Below, one piece after another: positions 27,509-35,496 of a stretch of DNA of 64,000 nucleotides. The notes under the pieces are model-generated. The model was not told the DNA's origin. It did no database searches and was given only the letters and a program-made list of their open reading frames with translations. Both the position numbers and the translations under genes were made by a program. This DNA comes from Flavobacteriaceae bacterium. Its GTDB lineage: Bacteria; Bacteroidota; Bacteroidia; Flavobacteriales; Flavobacteriaceae. How positions within the stretch are numbered: position 1 is the first letter of the stretch; each line of letters starts with the position of its first letter. The DNA lies in assembly GCA_965655865.1 (NCBI GenBank), contig CBFHJJ010000001.1, positions 20,326 to 84,325 on the forward strand, read 5' to 3'.

Positions 27509-27803
27509 TTTCGTGTTTTAGTAAAATTCCGTAATTTATTAAGGTGTTAAATGCTACTTTAAAAGGTATTGATATATCCGATGCGAGTAAACCCATCATA
27601 TCGTCACCACCACCACTTTCTGTTAATATAGTATCGATACATTGTTTTACAATGTCGTACTTAAAAACATTTATTGTTTGATCATGTCTTGGTGTTGAAT
27701 CTTCCTCACCCTCTTTGGGTTCGACAGTTTCAACAATCAACTCACTCGCTTCAGTAACTTTGTCCAAGTCGATATAATAATATTCTCCGAAGATTTTAAC
27801 CAT
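27501..27803 (-). CDS. Hypothetical protein (100 aa)
   Basis: ATG-initiated ORF, overlapped over 67 nt by the upstream gene. Confidence 0.45.
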   Translation of the reverse strand: MVKIFGEYYYIDLDKVTEASELIVETVEPKEGEEDSTPRHDQTINVFKYDIVKQCIDTILTESGGGDDMMGLLASDISIPFKVAFNTLINYGILLKHENE

Positions 27804-28387
27804 TTGTTATCTATTTCTGTTAAGTTATGTATTTCTAAGGAATTTGTAAAGTGTTGATTGTATTCTGTATTGAACTTAATAACCTTTTTAGATTTAGGAC
27901 ACTGTTCAATAACAGAATGATTATCTGTTAACCATATATCACACTTTTTCCATAAATTCGGTATCTCAGATGACATAGTAAATTTTACGTTATTTCCCAT
28001 AAATCCGTTTCTCGATAAAAAGAATAGTGTGGACGCCTTAGATTTACCCAGTTCATCTAACCCTACAATTGTTACATTGTGTTCTTTGTTGTTATAAATA
28101 AAATTATTTAAATCAAAAAACGTTTTAGCATATGATGGAGTTGCGTGACCAAATATCTCAACCGCATAATCAATGAATGTAAAATTCTCAAATTCATCTT
28201 TGGATTGAAACATGTAACTCTCCATTAAGTGGTTATTTCTTACAGGTTCAATCACATCATATTTATAACCTTTTTCATCCTCAGGTAAGTCCTCAGGATC
28301 AGAATCTAAATAATGATCTTTATAATGGTAATCAAATTTTGCAATTGTGTTACGTAAGACTCCGTCTATACTAATGTAAATTTCCAT
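27737..28387 (-). CDS. HAD-superfamily NT5C-like (deoxyribonucleotidase-like) protein with an altered motif I
   Basis: IYISIDGVLRN aligns with the canonical DMDGVL (first Asp is Ser here). KCDIWLTDNHSVIE aligns with D.LIDD. Confidence 0.45.
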   Translation of the reverse strand: MEIYISIDGVLRNTIAKFDYHYKDHYLDSDPEDLPEDEKGYKYDVIEPVRNNHLMESYMFQSKDEFENFTFIDYAVEIFGHATPSYAKTFFDLNNFIYNNKEHNVTIVGLDELGKSKASTLFFLSRNGFMGNNVKFTMSSEIPNLWKKCDIWLTDNHSVIEQCPKSKKVIKFNTEYNQHFTNSLEIHNLTEIDNKWLKSSENIIISTWTKLLKRVS

Positions 28388-28427
28388 ATATTAAATATAA
28401 TAATAATAATGTTATAAGTAAAGTCTA

Positions 28428-29123
28428 TTATTCGTACCTCTTTAGGATTTTACCGATGATAGGGTTTCTTACAATATCTTTATTTGAGAATTCAAACACA
28501 CCAACATTGTTTAAATCTGTTAATCTCTTCTTCGCATCATATAAACCACTCTTTGTTTTATCCCTAAACTTATCTGATTGTTCTAAATCACCCGAAAGGA
28601 AAAACTTTGAGTTGTACCCAATACGAGTTAGGAGTAGTTTAATTTGTGCTGGTGATGCATTTTGTGCCTCTTCAAAAACAAGTATTGTATTGTCCACGTT
28701 CCAACCTCTCATATAAGCGAGTGCCGCAACTTCAATATATCCCTCATCTTTTAATTTTTCGCGTTGATCCTTACCAATAATCTTATTTAAAAGATAGTAC
28801 GATGGGAAGATATATGGATCAAGTTTTTCTTCAAGACCACCAGGTAACGAACCTAACTTTTCTTCCGCTTCAACTGCCGGTCTAACGATAAGAATTTTTT
28901 CATATTTATTATCTTCTTGCCAAAGTAATTCAATTGCTCTTTTCATTGCAATGAAGGATTTACCAACTCCCGCAGGTCCAAAACATAATGTTATTTCATT
29001 ATTACCAAGAATATCCCAATAGTCTTTTTGGGAATCGTTAAGAAATTTTTCTCGGGGTTTTTTTATAATCTCTTTAATCCGAGTTTTATGTGATTTCTTA
29101 ACAGTTGTGTTTCTTTTAGTCAT
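28428..29123 (-). CDS. phoH: PhoH-like ATPase
   Basis: Walker A GPAGVGKSF, FEEAQN (DEAQN-like), and overall PhoH length and pattern. Confidence 0.85.
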   Translation of the reverse strand: MTKRNTTVKKSHKTRIKEIIKKPREKFLNDSQKDYWDILGNNEITLCFGPAGVGKSFIAMKRAIELLWQEDNKYEKILIVRPAVEAEEKLGSLPGGLEEKLDPYIFPSYYLLNKIIGKDQREKLKDEGYIEVAALAYMRGWNVDNTILVFEEAQNASPAQIKLLLTRIGYNSKFFLSGDLEQSDKFRDKTKSGLYDAKKRLTDLNNVGVFEFSNKDIVRNPIIGKILKRYE

Positions 29124-29148
29124 TAATATTTTTAATTAATCTTATTCT

Positions 29149-29823
29149 TTATTTACCTGTTGACCCAAAACCACCACTACCTCTTTCGGTTTCTGACAGG
29201 TCATCACTTAAAATGAAATTGATTTTGGGGTAGGGTAGTATCATAAGTTGACATATTCTATCTCCAACCTCATATATCTCATTAGAATTGGAATTAGATC
29301 GGTTAAAGGTTGCCATTATTTCACCTCTGTACCCACTATCAATAACACCAACTGAATTTGTTAAAGATAGATTTGTTTTTCGTATTGATGAACGAGGATA
29401 AACTAATCCCACGAACCCAATAGGTATTTCTAATGATACACCAGTACCATATGTTATTTGATTAGATTCTTCATCAACAACGACAGTGGTTGCACTTAAA
29501 TCAAGACCCGCATCACCAAACTTACTATACTGTGGTACAACCGCATCAGGGTGAAGTAGTTTAATTTTACAGTTGAGTGTTGCGTGCATATACGCATCAT
29601 CCTTATTAAATGTGAGGGTGTCTTCATTTGGAACTGTCAAATCACTGTTTTTGAATTGTTTACCTATTTCTTCATCATGTGCTAACGAATCCATTGATAA
29701 GTCAGACAACACTTTCGCAATTTCATTAATATATGCGTCGTCTACATTTTCCTCGTCTTGACTCAGTGTTTTCTCAAACCCCTCTAATTTTTTAAGGTAT
29801 TCCTCTAAACTTTTTTTATCCAT
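29149..29823 (-). CDS. dut: dUTPase with a ~78-aa N-terminal extension
   Basis: Five trimeric dUTPase motifs: GDAGLDL, YPRSS, GVIDSGYRGE, RICQL, RGSGGFGSTG. ATG 29823 preferred over the tracked TTG at 29865. Confidence 0.88.
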   Translation of the reverse strand: MDKKSLEEYLKKLEGFEKTLSQDEENVDDAYINEIAKVLSDLSMDSLAHDEEIGKQFKNSDLTVPNEDTLTFNKDDAYMHATLNCKIKLLHPDAVVPQYSKFGDAGLDLSATTVVVDEESNQITYGTGVSLEIPIGFVGLVYPRSSIRKTNLSLTNSVGVIDSGYRGEIMATFNRSNSNSNEIYEVGDRICQLMILPYPKINFILSDDLSETERGSGGFGSTGK

Positions 29824-30376
29824 TTTTTTGTTCAAATATTGCCAACTCAAATCCTTGTTTAACAATTTGAGCTAATGGTGTCGAATGATATTTTGATTGT
29901 AAATCATCATCTCCTTTATCTGAGTTTACGATTGTCTGATATTCTTCTTCAGTTAGTGAAACCCCATACTTTGAACAGTAGTATGCTGATCTTTCACCAA
30001 CTTTCATTGATACTAAGTCATCACAAAATTCATACATTTTACCAAGTTTATTTCTATGCCATTCACTTTCGTTTGGTTTGAATAAAAATACCTTTCCTAT
30101 TTGGGAAAGAATAGTACACTTTAGAATACTTGAGATGTCTTGTTGTAATGACTCAGGTAAAATACCATTTATTTTAACCGCGTATTTGGATGATATAAAA
30201 ATGTGTTCTAATAATCCACCAGGATACGCACCATACATATCTAACGAAGTAGATGCGGGTGCCACAAATAAATCTTCACCTAAAAACTCTAAAAGTGGTT
30301 TACTTAAAACACCATACTTTTCAGAAGTCTCAATAAGTTTTGATTTATTTTTTTCGATTTGTTCTTTAGAGATCAT
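29816..30376 (-). CDS. HD-superfamily-like protein with a degenerate HD dyad
   Basis: YPGGLLEH as in YhaM-type HD proteins, but the position of ..HDIGK reads ILSQIGK. Confidence 0.5.
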   Translation of the reverse strand: MISKEQIEKNKSKLIETSEKYGVLSKPLLEFLGEDLFVAPASTSLDMYGAYPGGLLEHIFISSKYAVKINGILPESLQQDISSILKCTILSQIGKVFLFKPNESEWHRNKLGKMYEFCDDLVSMKVGERSAYYCSKYGVSLTEEEYQTIVNSDKGDDDLQSKYHSTPLAQIVKQGFELAIFEQKNG

Positions 30377-30379
30377 AAT

Positions 30380-30613
30380 TTATCCTTTATAATATTGTGG
30401 TGTAAGATCTTTCGCTATGATACACTCGATTGGCATCTTTGCAATTGATACACTTTGACTTGATCTCATGTCCTCTGAACGGTACTTCGTTAAAACGATA
30501 GTTGCTTCTTCAATTGACTCCGCCTCTACGACGTATTTGACCTTTGTGATTCTTGGGTTACCTTCACGGTCTAATTGTTCCATTTCGTAACCTACTGTTG
30601 CTAAATAATACAT
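30380..30613 (-). CDS. Hypothetical small protein
   Basis: 77 aa: KVKYVVEAESIEEATIVL. It resembles a small Bacteroidota DUF pattern I cannot name with certainty. Confidence 0.45.
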   Translation of the reverse strand: MYYLATVGYEMEQLDREGNPRITKVKYVVEAESIEEATIVLTKYRSEDMRSSQSVSIAKMPIECIIAKDLTPQYYKG

Positions 30614-30626
30614 AATTTATCTGTTT

Positions 30627-31856
30627 TTAATTAATAATTGATTTAAAAAATTCCACTCTGTTTTTAGAAACAGTAGAGAGGGAATATTTGTCTTTTACTG
30701 TTTCGTATAATTTCTCACCTAAATCTTTGACCATGTTAGGGTTGTTTATTAACCTTTTCATATGTTGATGCCACTGTTTATGGTTCTTACTCGATGACAC
30801 CAATAATGAATTACCTTTTGGGTTTATACCACCACCTTTCTCCACTGAAGATATCAGGTCAATAAGATACGGATTTTCTTCGGTTGCAATGATTGCTTTC
30901 TTATGAAATCCAGCTTCGATAACTTTTAATTGTGATTTGTTCATATTAAAATCTGACTTAACAAGAGGTGCGAGGGAAATGTCAAAGTAATTGTAGTTAC
31001 TTGCGTATTTGTTTACATCCATTGTCCATCTTCTTACGTATGGTTGATTTAATTCACCATCGAAAGGTATTTTGTTAAAAGTTTTTAAATGTTCTTTATA
31101 TTCAGGTGACAACGACATGAAATTACCAGTGAATAAATTCTCATATCTTGACCATACAGTTTCTTCAGGTCGTATTGGTCGTTCAACAGTCTTACCTGTA
31201 TTACGATTAAATTCTCTCATGGTTCCTCTTAAATCAAACCCACACAACACAAATTGTACCTTACCTTTAAATTCTCTGTGAATCCTTGTAATTCCATCAC
31301 CCATAAGTGATAGGTCATGTTCATGTGATGATCCACCTAACCACCCAAAACGTACTAAATCAGATTCAAATGGTTTTGATTGAAATTGTTTTTCTTCTTC
31401 ATTAACCGCATTTGGGAATACAATAACATTATCTACATTCAGTAGTTTTTTTATTGTATCTCTATAAACAGGTGTTGTTGTTGTTATATAATCTGCAAGT
31501 TTTAGTAGTTCAGATTTTCTTTGAGATAATTTATTTTTTTTGAAATTTTCGTGATTTGGGTGTCGATGGTCAGTTTTCCAAAAATCATCAGTATCCACAA
31601 CAACCTTGATCCCATTTGATTTTAACCACTTAATTCTTTTAACATTATCTTCATGACTTGATTTGTGTACAAAAGAGTGAAGTACTACAATGTCATAATT
31701 TGAGAAGTAACTATCTTCGTTAGGTACATTAAAAACGATGTCCACGTGTACGTCTGATGAAAATTTATCTCCAATGTACGTAAATGGATCCAACATTCTA
31801 AATTTACCAACCCCATGATTATCTGAAGGGATGGCTAATATCCTAATCTTTGACAT
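30627..31856 (-). CDS. Putative glycosyltransferase, GT-B-like
   Basis: Rossmann-like halves: RILAIPSD...VVDTDDFW and FGWLGGSSHEHDL...SQLKVIEAG. Confidence 0.45.
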   Translation of the reverse strand: MSKIRILAIPSDNHGVGKFRMLDPFTYIGDKFSSDVHVDIVFNVPNEDSYFSNYDIVVLHSFVHKSSHEDNVKRIKWLKSNGIKVVVDTDDFWKTDHRHPNHENFKKNKLSQRKSELLKLADYITTTTPVYRDTIKKLLNVDNVIVFPNAVNEEEKQFQSKPFESDLVRFGWLGGSSHEHDLSLMGDGITRIHREFKGKVQFVLCGFDLRGTMREFNRNTGKTVERPIRPEETVWSRYENLFTGNFMSLSPEYKEHLKTFNKIPFDGELNQPYVRRWTMDVNKYASNYNYFDISLAPLVKSDFNMNKSQLKVIEAGFHKKAIIATEENPYLIDLISSVEKGGGINPKGNSLLVSSSKNHKQWHQHMKRLINNPNMVKDLGEKLYETVKDKYSLSTVSKNRVEFFKSIIN

Positions 31857-31910
31857 ATATTAATTGTTATATATCAAAAGATAAAGAAAAAAAGTTAAGA
31901 AATCAATAGT

Positions 31911-32525
31911 TTACTTGGTTTTATTTACCCCTGTGATTTTACCTTTAAAGATAGAATCCCCCACTTTAAGAACAAGATTTTCATTAATTGATGCGGTTTT
32001 AGAAGCATTCAAAAGTAGGTCTAATTTCCTATCAACAATTTCTTCTAACGTATCTTTAATTGTTTCTTTTATAATTGCAGTAATGTCGTGTGTAAGAGGT
32101 ACCGATTGTGGTATTGATTGGTTTTGTACTATTGGTTGTTGTGTTAACTGAGTTGTTTTAGTTAAACCTTCTTTTTCCATTAGTTTTTTTGCACCATCAA
32201 GAAATGACATATTTAATGACGAATCTAAACTAATAGAGTCTGCTTGTGGTATTGGGTTGTTAATCATTGCCTCTTGTATCGCTTTAGGTAATTTAGAATT
32301 TCTGATTTTATCAGCATTGACAGGTGTTGAGTTTGTTTTGACCGAACTTGTTTGTTGTTCTTGTGGTGTATTTTTCTTCATTAATTCTTCAGGTGAAGTT
32401 AAAAAATTACTTGGGTCGATATTACCAGTGGTAAAACTTTTACCATCTACTTTATTCATAACTTTTTTCGCACCTACCAATTTTTGCATTAAGTCGTTTT
32501 CGTTAATTCTTGCTGGTTCTGCCAT
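31911..32525 (-). CDS. Hypothetical protein
   Basis: ORF only. Confidence 0.45.
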   Translation of the reverse strand: MAEPARINENDLMQKLVGAKKVMNKVDGKSFTTGNIDPSNFLTSPEELMKKNTPQEQQTSSVKTNSTPVNADKIRNSKLPKAIQEAMINNPIPQADSISLDSSLNMSFLDGAKKLMEKEGLTKTTQLTQQPIVQNQSIPQSVPLTHDITAIIKETIKDTLEEIVDRKLDLLLNASKTASINENLVLKVGDSIFKGKITGVNKTK

Positions 32526-32555
32526 GTTTTCTATTTTATATAAAATATAAATATA

Positions 32556-33275
32556 TTATTTTGAATTATAAAGTAATTCTTTAATTCTAATAATACTTTC
32601 GTTTAAATTATCATAATTATTGTCATCTTGACCCTCATCGTCATCGTCATTATCATCGACTATTGGTGGTTCAATACTTGGTGTGTTATTAGGTTCGGGT
32701 TCTGGTAATTCATCAGTTGTTGGTTCCACTTCAGGTTCTCTTTGTGTTGGTTCCACTTCAGGTTCCATCTCAGGTTCTCGTTGTACTGGATCTACATCAG
32801 GTTCTCTTTGTACAGGTTCGGGTATTTGTGGTTCGGGTGTAGATGACCAATCTGATGTAACATAAGTTACTGACATTGACTTATCATCACCTTCCTTATA
32901 CCCTTCTCTTTTTTGGTCGAAGGTTTCGTCGTCAAATATCTCTACTTGATTCATACGTCCAACCATGAAAGTTCTCCAATTACCTTTTTGAAATCCTGTT
33001 TTAGATCTTGATGGTTGATCGACCCACGCTCTTACGACCATATTTCCTTTTTTTGATAAACCAAGTGCAACTAATTCCGCCTTAACTCTTTTTCCTGCTT
33101 GAACTGTTTTTCTTGGTCCATTGTAGAAAAAAGAAACGGGGTGTCTCTCTTTAACAGCATTTGCAATTGAACCTGGTCTTGACGAAGAGTTACTCAAATA
33201 TTTGGGTACACCATCTTTGTTTAGTGCAATTTGTTCACCGAGTAAGAATCTGAATATGTCTTTAAATAATTTCAT
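32556..33275 (-). CDS. Protein with a WYL/Sm-like beta-barrel-looking N-domain, a Pro/Glu repeat tract and an acidic tail
   Basis: HPVSFFYNGPRKTVQAGKRVKAELVALGLSKKGNMVVRAWV...WRTFMVGRMNQVEIF follows the WYL-domain pattern. VQREP/TQREP repeats. Confidence 0.5.
   Translation of the reverse strand: MKLFKDIFRFLLGEQIALNKDGVPKYLSNSSSRPGSIANAVKERHPVSFFYNGPRKTVQAGKRVKAELVALGLSKKGNMVVRAWVDQPSRSKTGFQKGNWRTFMVGRMNQVEIFDDETFDQKREGYKEGDDKSMSVTYVTSDWSSTPEPQIPEPVQREPDVDPVQREPEMEPEVEPTQREPEVEPTTDELPEPEPNNTPSIEPPIVDDNDDDDEGQDDNNYDNLNESIIRIKELLYNSK
32667..32840 (-). repeat. Coding tandem repeat (Pro/Glu-rich, VQREPxxxP units)
   Basis: PEPVQREPDVDPVQREPEMEPEVEPTQREPEVEP. Confidence 0.7.
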
Positions 33276-34216
33276 TAAAAGTCGGGGTATGTTTTATTTT
33301 CTGAAAAGAAATTTCTATTAACCCCATCAACTCGGGTGTTGATATCAGTTAAACTACCTATTTTACCGTTATTTTCTCCTTTACCTAATTCATCACCATC
33401 AGATAATGCGTTTTGGTGTGTGGAGTCATATCCATTGTTTTCGTTATAAACATTTCTTCCTGTGTTATCTATTCTTGTGTTGATGTCGGTTAAACCACCC
33501 ACATTACCAACATTCTCACCTTTACCTAATTCATCACCATCAGATAATGCATTTTGATGTACTAAACTATACCCATTCGAATCGTTATAAGTATTTCTAT
33601 TAATTAAATCTGTTCGTGTATTGATGTCAGTTAGTCCACCCACATTTCCGTTATTTTCTCCTTTACCTAACTCATCTCCGTCAGACAACGCGTTTTCGTG
33701 AGAAGTACCATATCCATTATCTTCGTTGTATACATTTCTTCCTGTATTGTCGGTTCTTGTATTAATATCTGTTAGTCCACCTATTTTACCATTGTTTTCT
33801 CCCTTCCCTAACTCATCACCGTCAGATATTGCGTTAGGGTGTCCAATACTGTAACCATTAGTAATATTATAAGAATTTCTTTTAATATTTTCCTGTCTTT
33901 GTGTAATATCTGTTTTAGTACCTATTTTACCGTTCATTTCACCTCGACCTAACTCATCACCGTCAGATAATGCATTTAGGTTCGATGATCCGTATGGTGA
34001 TTCGGTACTATATGTGTTTCTCCCTAAAACATCTATTCTGTTTTGAATATCCACACTACTACCCACTTTTCCGTTATTATCACCCTTACCCAATTCATCA
34101 CCATCAGATAGTGCATTAGGGTGTGATGTACCATAGGATTTAAGACTTTTGTATTCATTTCTCGCCAATGCGTCTTCCCTAAATTTATCAGATATCGATT
34201 CTATTTGACTTGCCAT
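33275..34216 (-). CDS. Repeat protein: 31-aa leader plus exactly six 47-aa tandem repeats
   Basis: Unit: H-x-N-A-L-S-D-G-D-E-L-G-K-G-E-N-N-G-K-I-G-G-L-T-D-I-N-T-R-x-D-x-x-G-R-N-x-Y-N-x-x-N-G-Y-x-x-x. 31 + 6x47 = 313 aa. Confidence 0.7.
   Translation of the reverse strand: MASQIESISDKFREDALARNEYKSLKSYGTSHPNALSDGDELGKGDNNGKVGSSVDIQNRIDVLGRNTYSTESPYGSSNLNALSDGDELGRGEMNGKIGTKTDITQRQENIKRNSYNITNGYSIGHPNAISDGDELGKGENNGKIGGLTDINTRTDNTGRNVYNEDNGYGTSHENALSDGDELGKGENNGNVGGLTDINTRTDLINRNTYNDSNGYSLVHQNALSDGDELGKGENVGNVGGLTDINTRIDNTGRNVYNENNGYDSTHQNALSDGDELGKGENNGKIGSLTDINTRVDGVNRNFFSENKTYPDF
33278..34123 (-). repeat. 141-bp coding tandem repeat, six units
   Basis: Derived from the protein periodicity. 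The DNA copies are visibly diverged while the peptide core is conserved. Confidence 0.8.
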
Positions 34217-34707
34217 TATAATAATCCTTTTATTCTTTTTACCTCTTCAAAAATACCGAGCGATGATATTGGTGAAACAGATGTTTTATCGGAATTAGAC
34301 TTTAACATATTCGTAGGAACACGATTACTTGTCTTTTTCGTGTGTTTCTTTAAAAAACTATTTTGTCTTACATCGTCGATTTGACCAATTTCATTTGATC
34401 TTTGTTGGGACTTTTTATTTTTCTTAATTAATTCTCTTTCACCGTTTAAGTGAGTTTCACCCCACTTTAACATTAAATCACCACCCATTAGTTTAAATTG
34501 AGTGGTGTCTTTAAGTTCGGGTTTTTTTAAATCGTATATGATTGACTTTAATTGACTGTAACTAATATTTTTAGTCCTTATTAAACCCTTCGCTCTTTGA
34601 ACACCAACAACAGATTTATCACTTAACGACATAAATACACTATGAATGTAGTCAAATATGTTGTCAGGTAATCTAAAAATTCTATTTTGTAATTTACTGT
34701 TACTCAT
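34216..34707 (-). CDS. Hypothetical basic protein (163 aa)
   Basis: ORF coupled to neighbours. C-terminus FEEVKRIKGLL. Confidence 0.5.
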   Translation of the reverse strand: MSNSKLQNRIFRLPDNIFDYIHSVFMSLSDKSVVGVQRAKGLIRTKNISYSQLKSIIYDLKKPELKDTTQFKLMGGDLMLKWGETHLNGERELIKKNKKSQQRSNEIGQIDDVRQNSFLKKHTKKTSNRVPTNMLKSNSDKTSVSPISSLGIFEEVKRIKGLL

Positions 34708-34708
34708 T

Positions 34709-35443
34709 TTAACTTAAGTATTCTTTTATGTCGTCAATTGTAAGTTTATTTTTATTAAGTGTTGTTTTCAAAGAACTTAACTGTCTCTTAATGATTGGGT
34801 TAATGTCTTTTTTTTCACTATTTACAATTTCACCATTACTATTTTTCTTTGTCAATACGGTTTCCATATAGTCTTTCATAAACTTCTTAGGATTCTCTAC
34901 TAATCTAACCTTATCATCTGGTAGTTTTTGATCATATCCCATTTTTTCAAGTCTTTCGATTGCGTCTTCATGAGTAAGTTTTAATTCCTTCGTAAAATGT
35001 TTGTACGCTTCCTCAAAACTGTCGTCCTCACCCAAGGTATCATCATAACCAAGAGATTTACTCATATCGGATTCCGCCCAATACCTTAATGAGGTGTGTG
35101 TTCCGTGAACACCATGAGTCCCCATTTGTCCCGCATATCCTTTTGCTGTTTGGTTAGATGTCTTTTTAGATGTTACACCTTTAGTATTTGCATTTGTTGC
35201 TTTACCACCTCTTTGAATATTTCCTTTAGCATTAACAATTTCTTCAACATCACCCTCTTCATCTTCTGCAACTTCAGGTATTTTTTTAAAGTTAGTGTCG
35301 TCCGACATTGCGTCGGCCATTTTCTTCCACTTGTCTCTTTCTTTCTTACTTAGACTTTCATCATTCGCCTTTGCGTAAAAGAAACGTTGTTGTTTTTTTG
35401 AGGTAAATTTCTCTTCAATTACCCCTTTTATAAAATTATTCAT
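34709..35443 (-). CDS. Hypothetical protein
   Basis: ATG 35443 (MNNFIKGVIEEKFTSKKQQRFFYAKA...) preferred over the tracked TTG at 35470, which lies inside the promoter-like 15-mer. Confidence 0.5.
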   Translation of the reverse strand: MNNFIKGVIEEKFTSKKQQRFFYAKANDESLSKKERDKWKKMADAMSDDTNFKKIPEVAEDEEGDVEEIVNAKGNIQRGGKATNANTKGVTSKKTSNQTAKGYAGQMGTHGVHGTHTSLRYWAESDMSKSLGYDDTLGEDDSFEEAYKHFTKELKLTHEDAIERLEKMGYDQKLPDDKVRLVENPKKFMKDYMETVLTKKNSNGEIVNSEKKDINPIIKRQLSSLKTTLNKNKLTIDDIKEYLS

Positions 35444-35453
35444 AGAATATACT

Positions 35454-35468
35454 TTTATTATAAATATC
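35454..35468 (-). promoter_or_regulatory. Exact 15-mer GATATTTATAATAAA, putative late promoter
   Basis: rc of tttattataaatatc; 10 nt upstream of ATG 35443. Confidence 0.5.
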
Positions 35469-35481
35469 AAATGTTTTGAAA

Positions 35482-35493
35482 GATATTTATAAG
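35482..35493 (+). promoter_or_regulatory. GATATTTATAAG, diverged copy of the late motif facing the adhesin gene
   Basis: Back-to-back with the minus-strand copy; 3 nt before ATG 35497. Confidence 0.35.
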
Positions 35494-35496
35494 AAT

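Noticed and set aside
27737-27803. A 67-nt overlap between ORFs 27737-28387 and 27501-27803, as evidence of a frameshifted fusion.
   Set aside because: Both ORFs have ATG starts and independent-looking sequences, and there is no slippery run at the overlap. It is most simply a long overlap, or a read-through tail after the conserved ...EIDNKW end of the NT5C-like domain.
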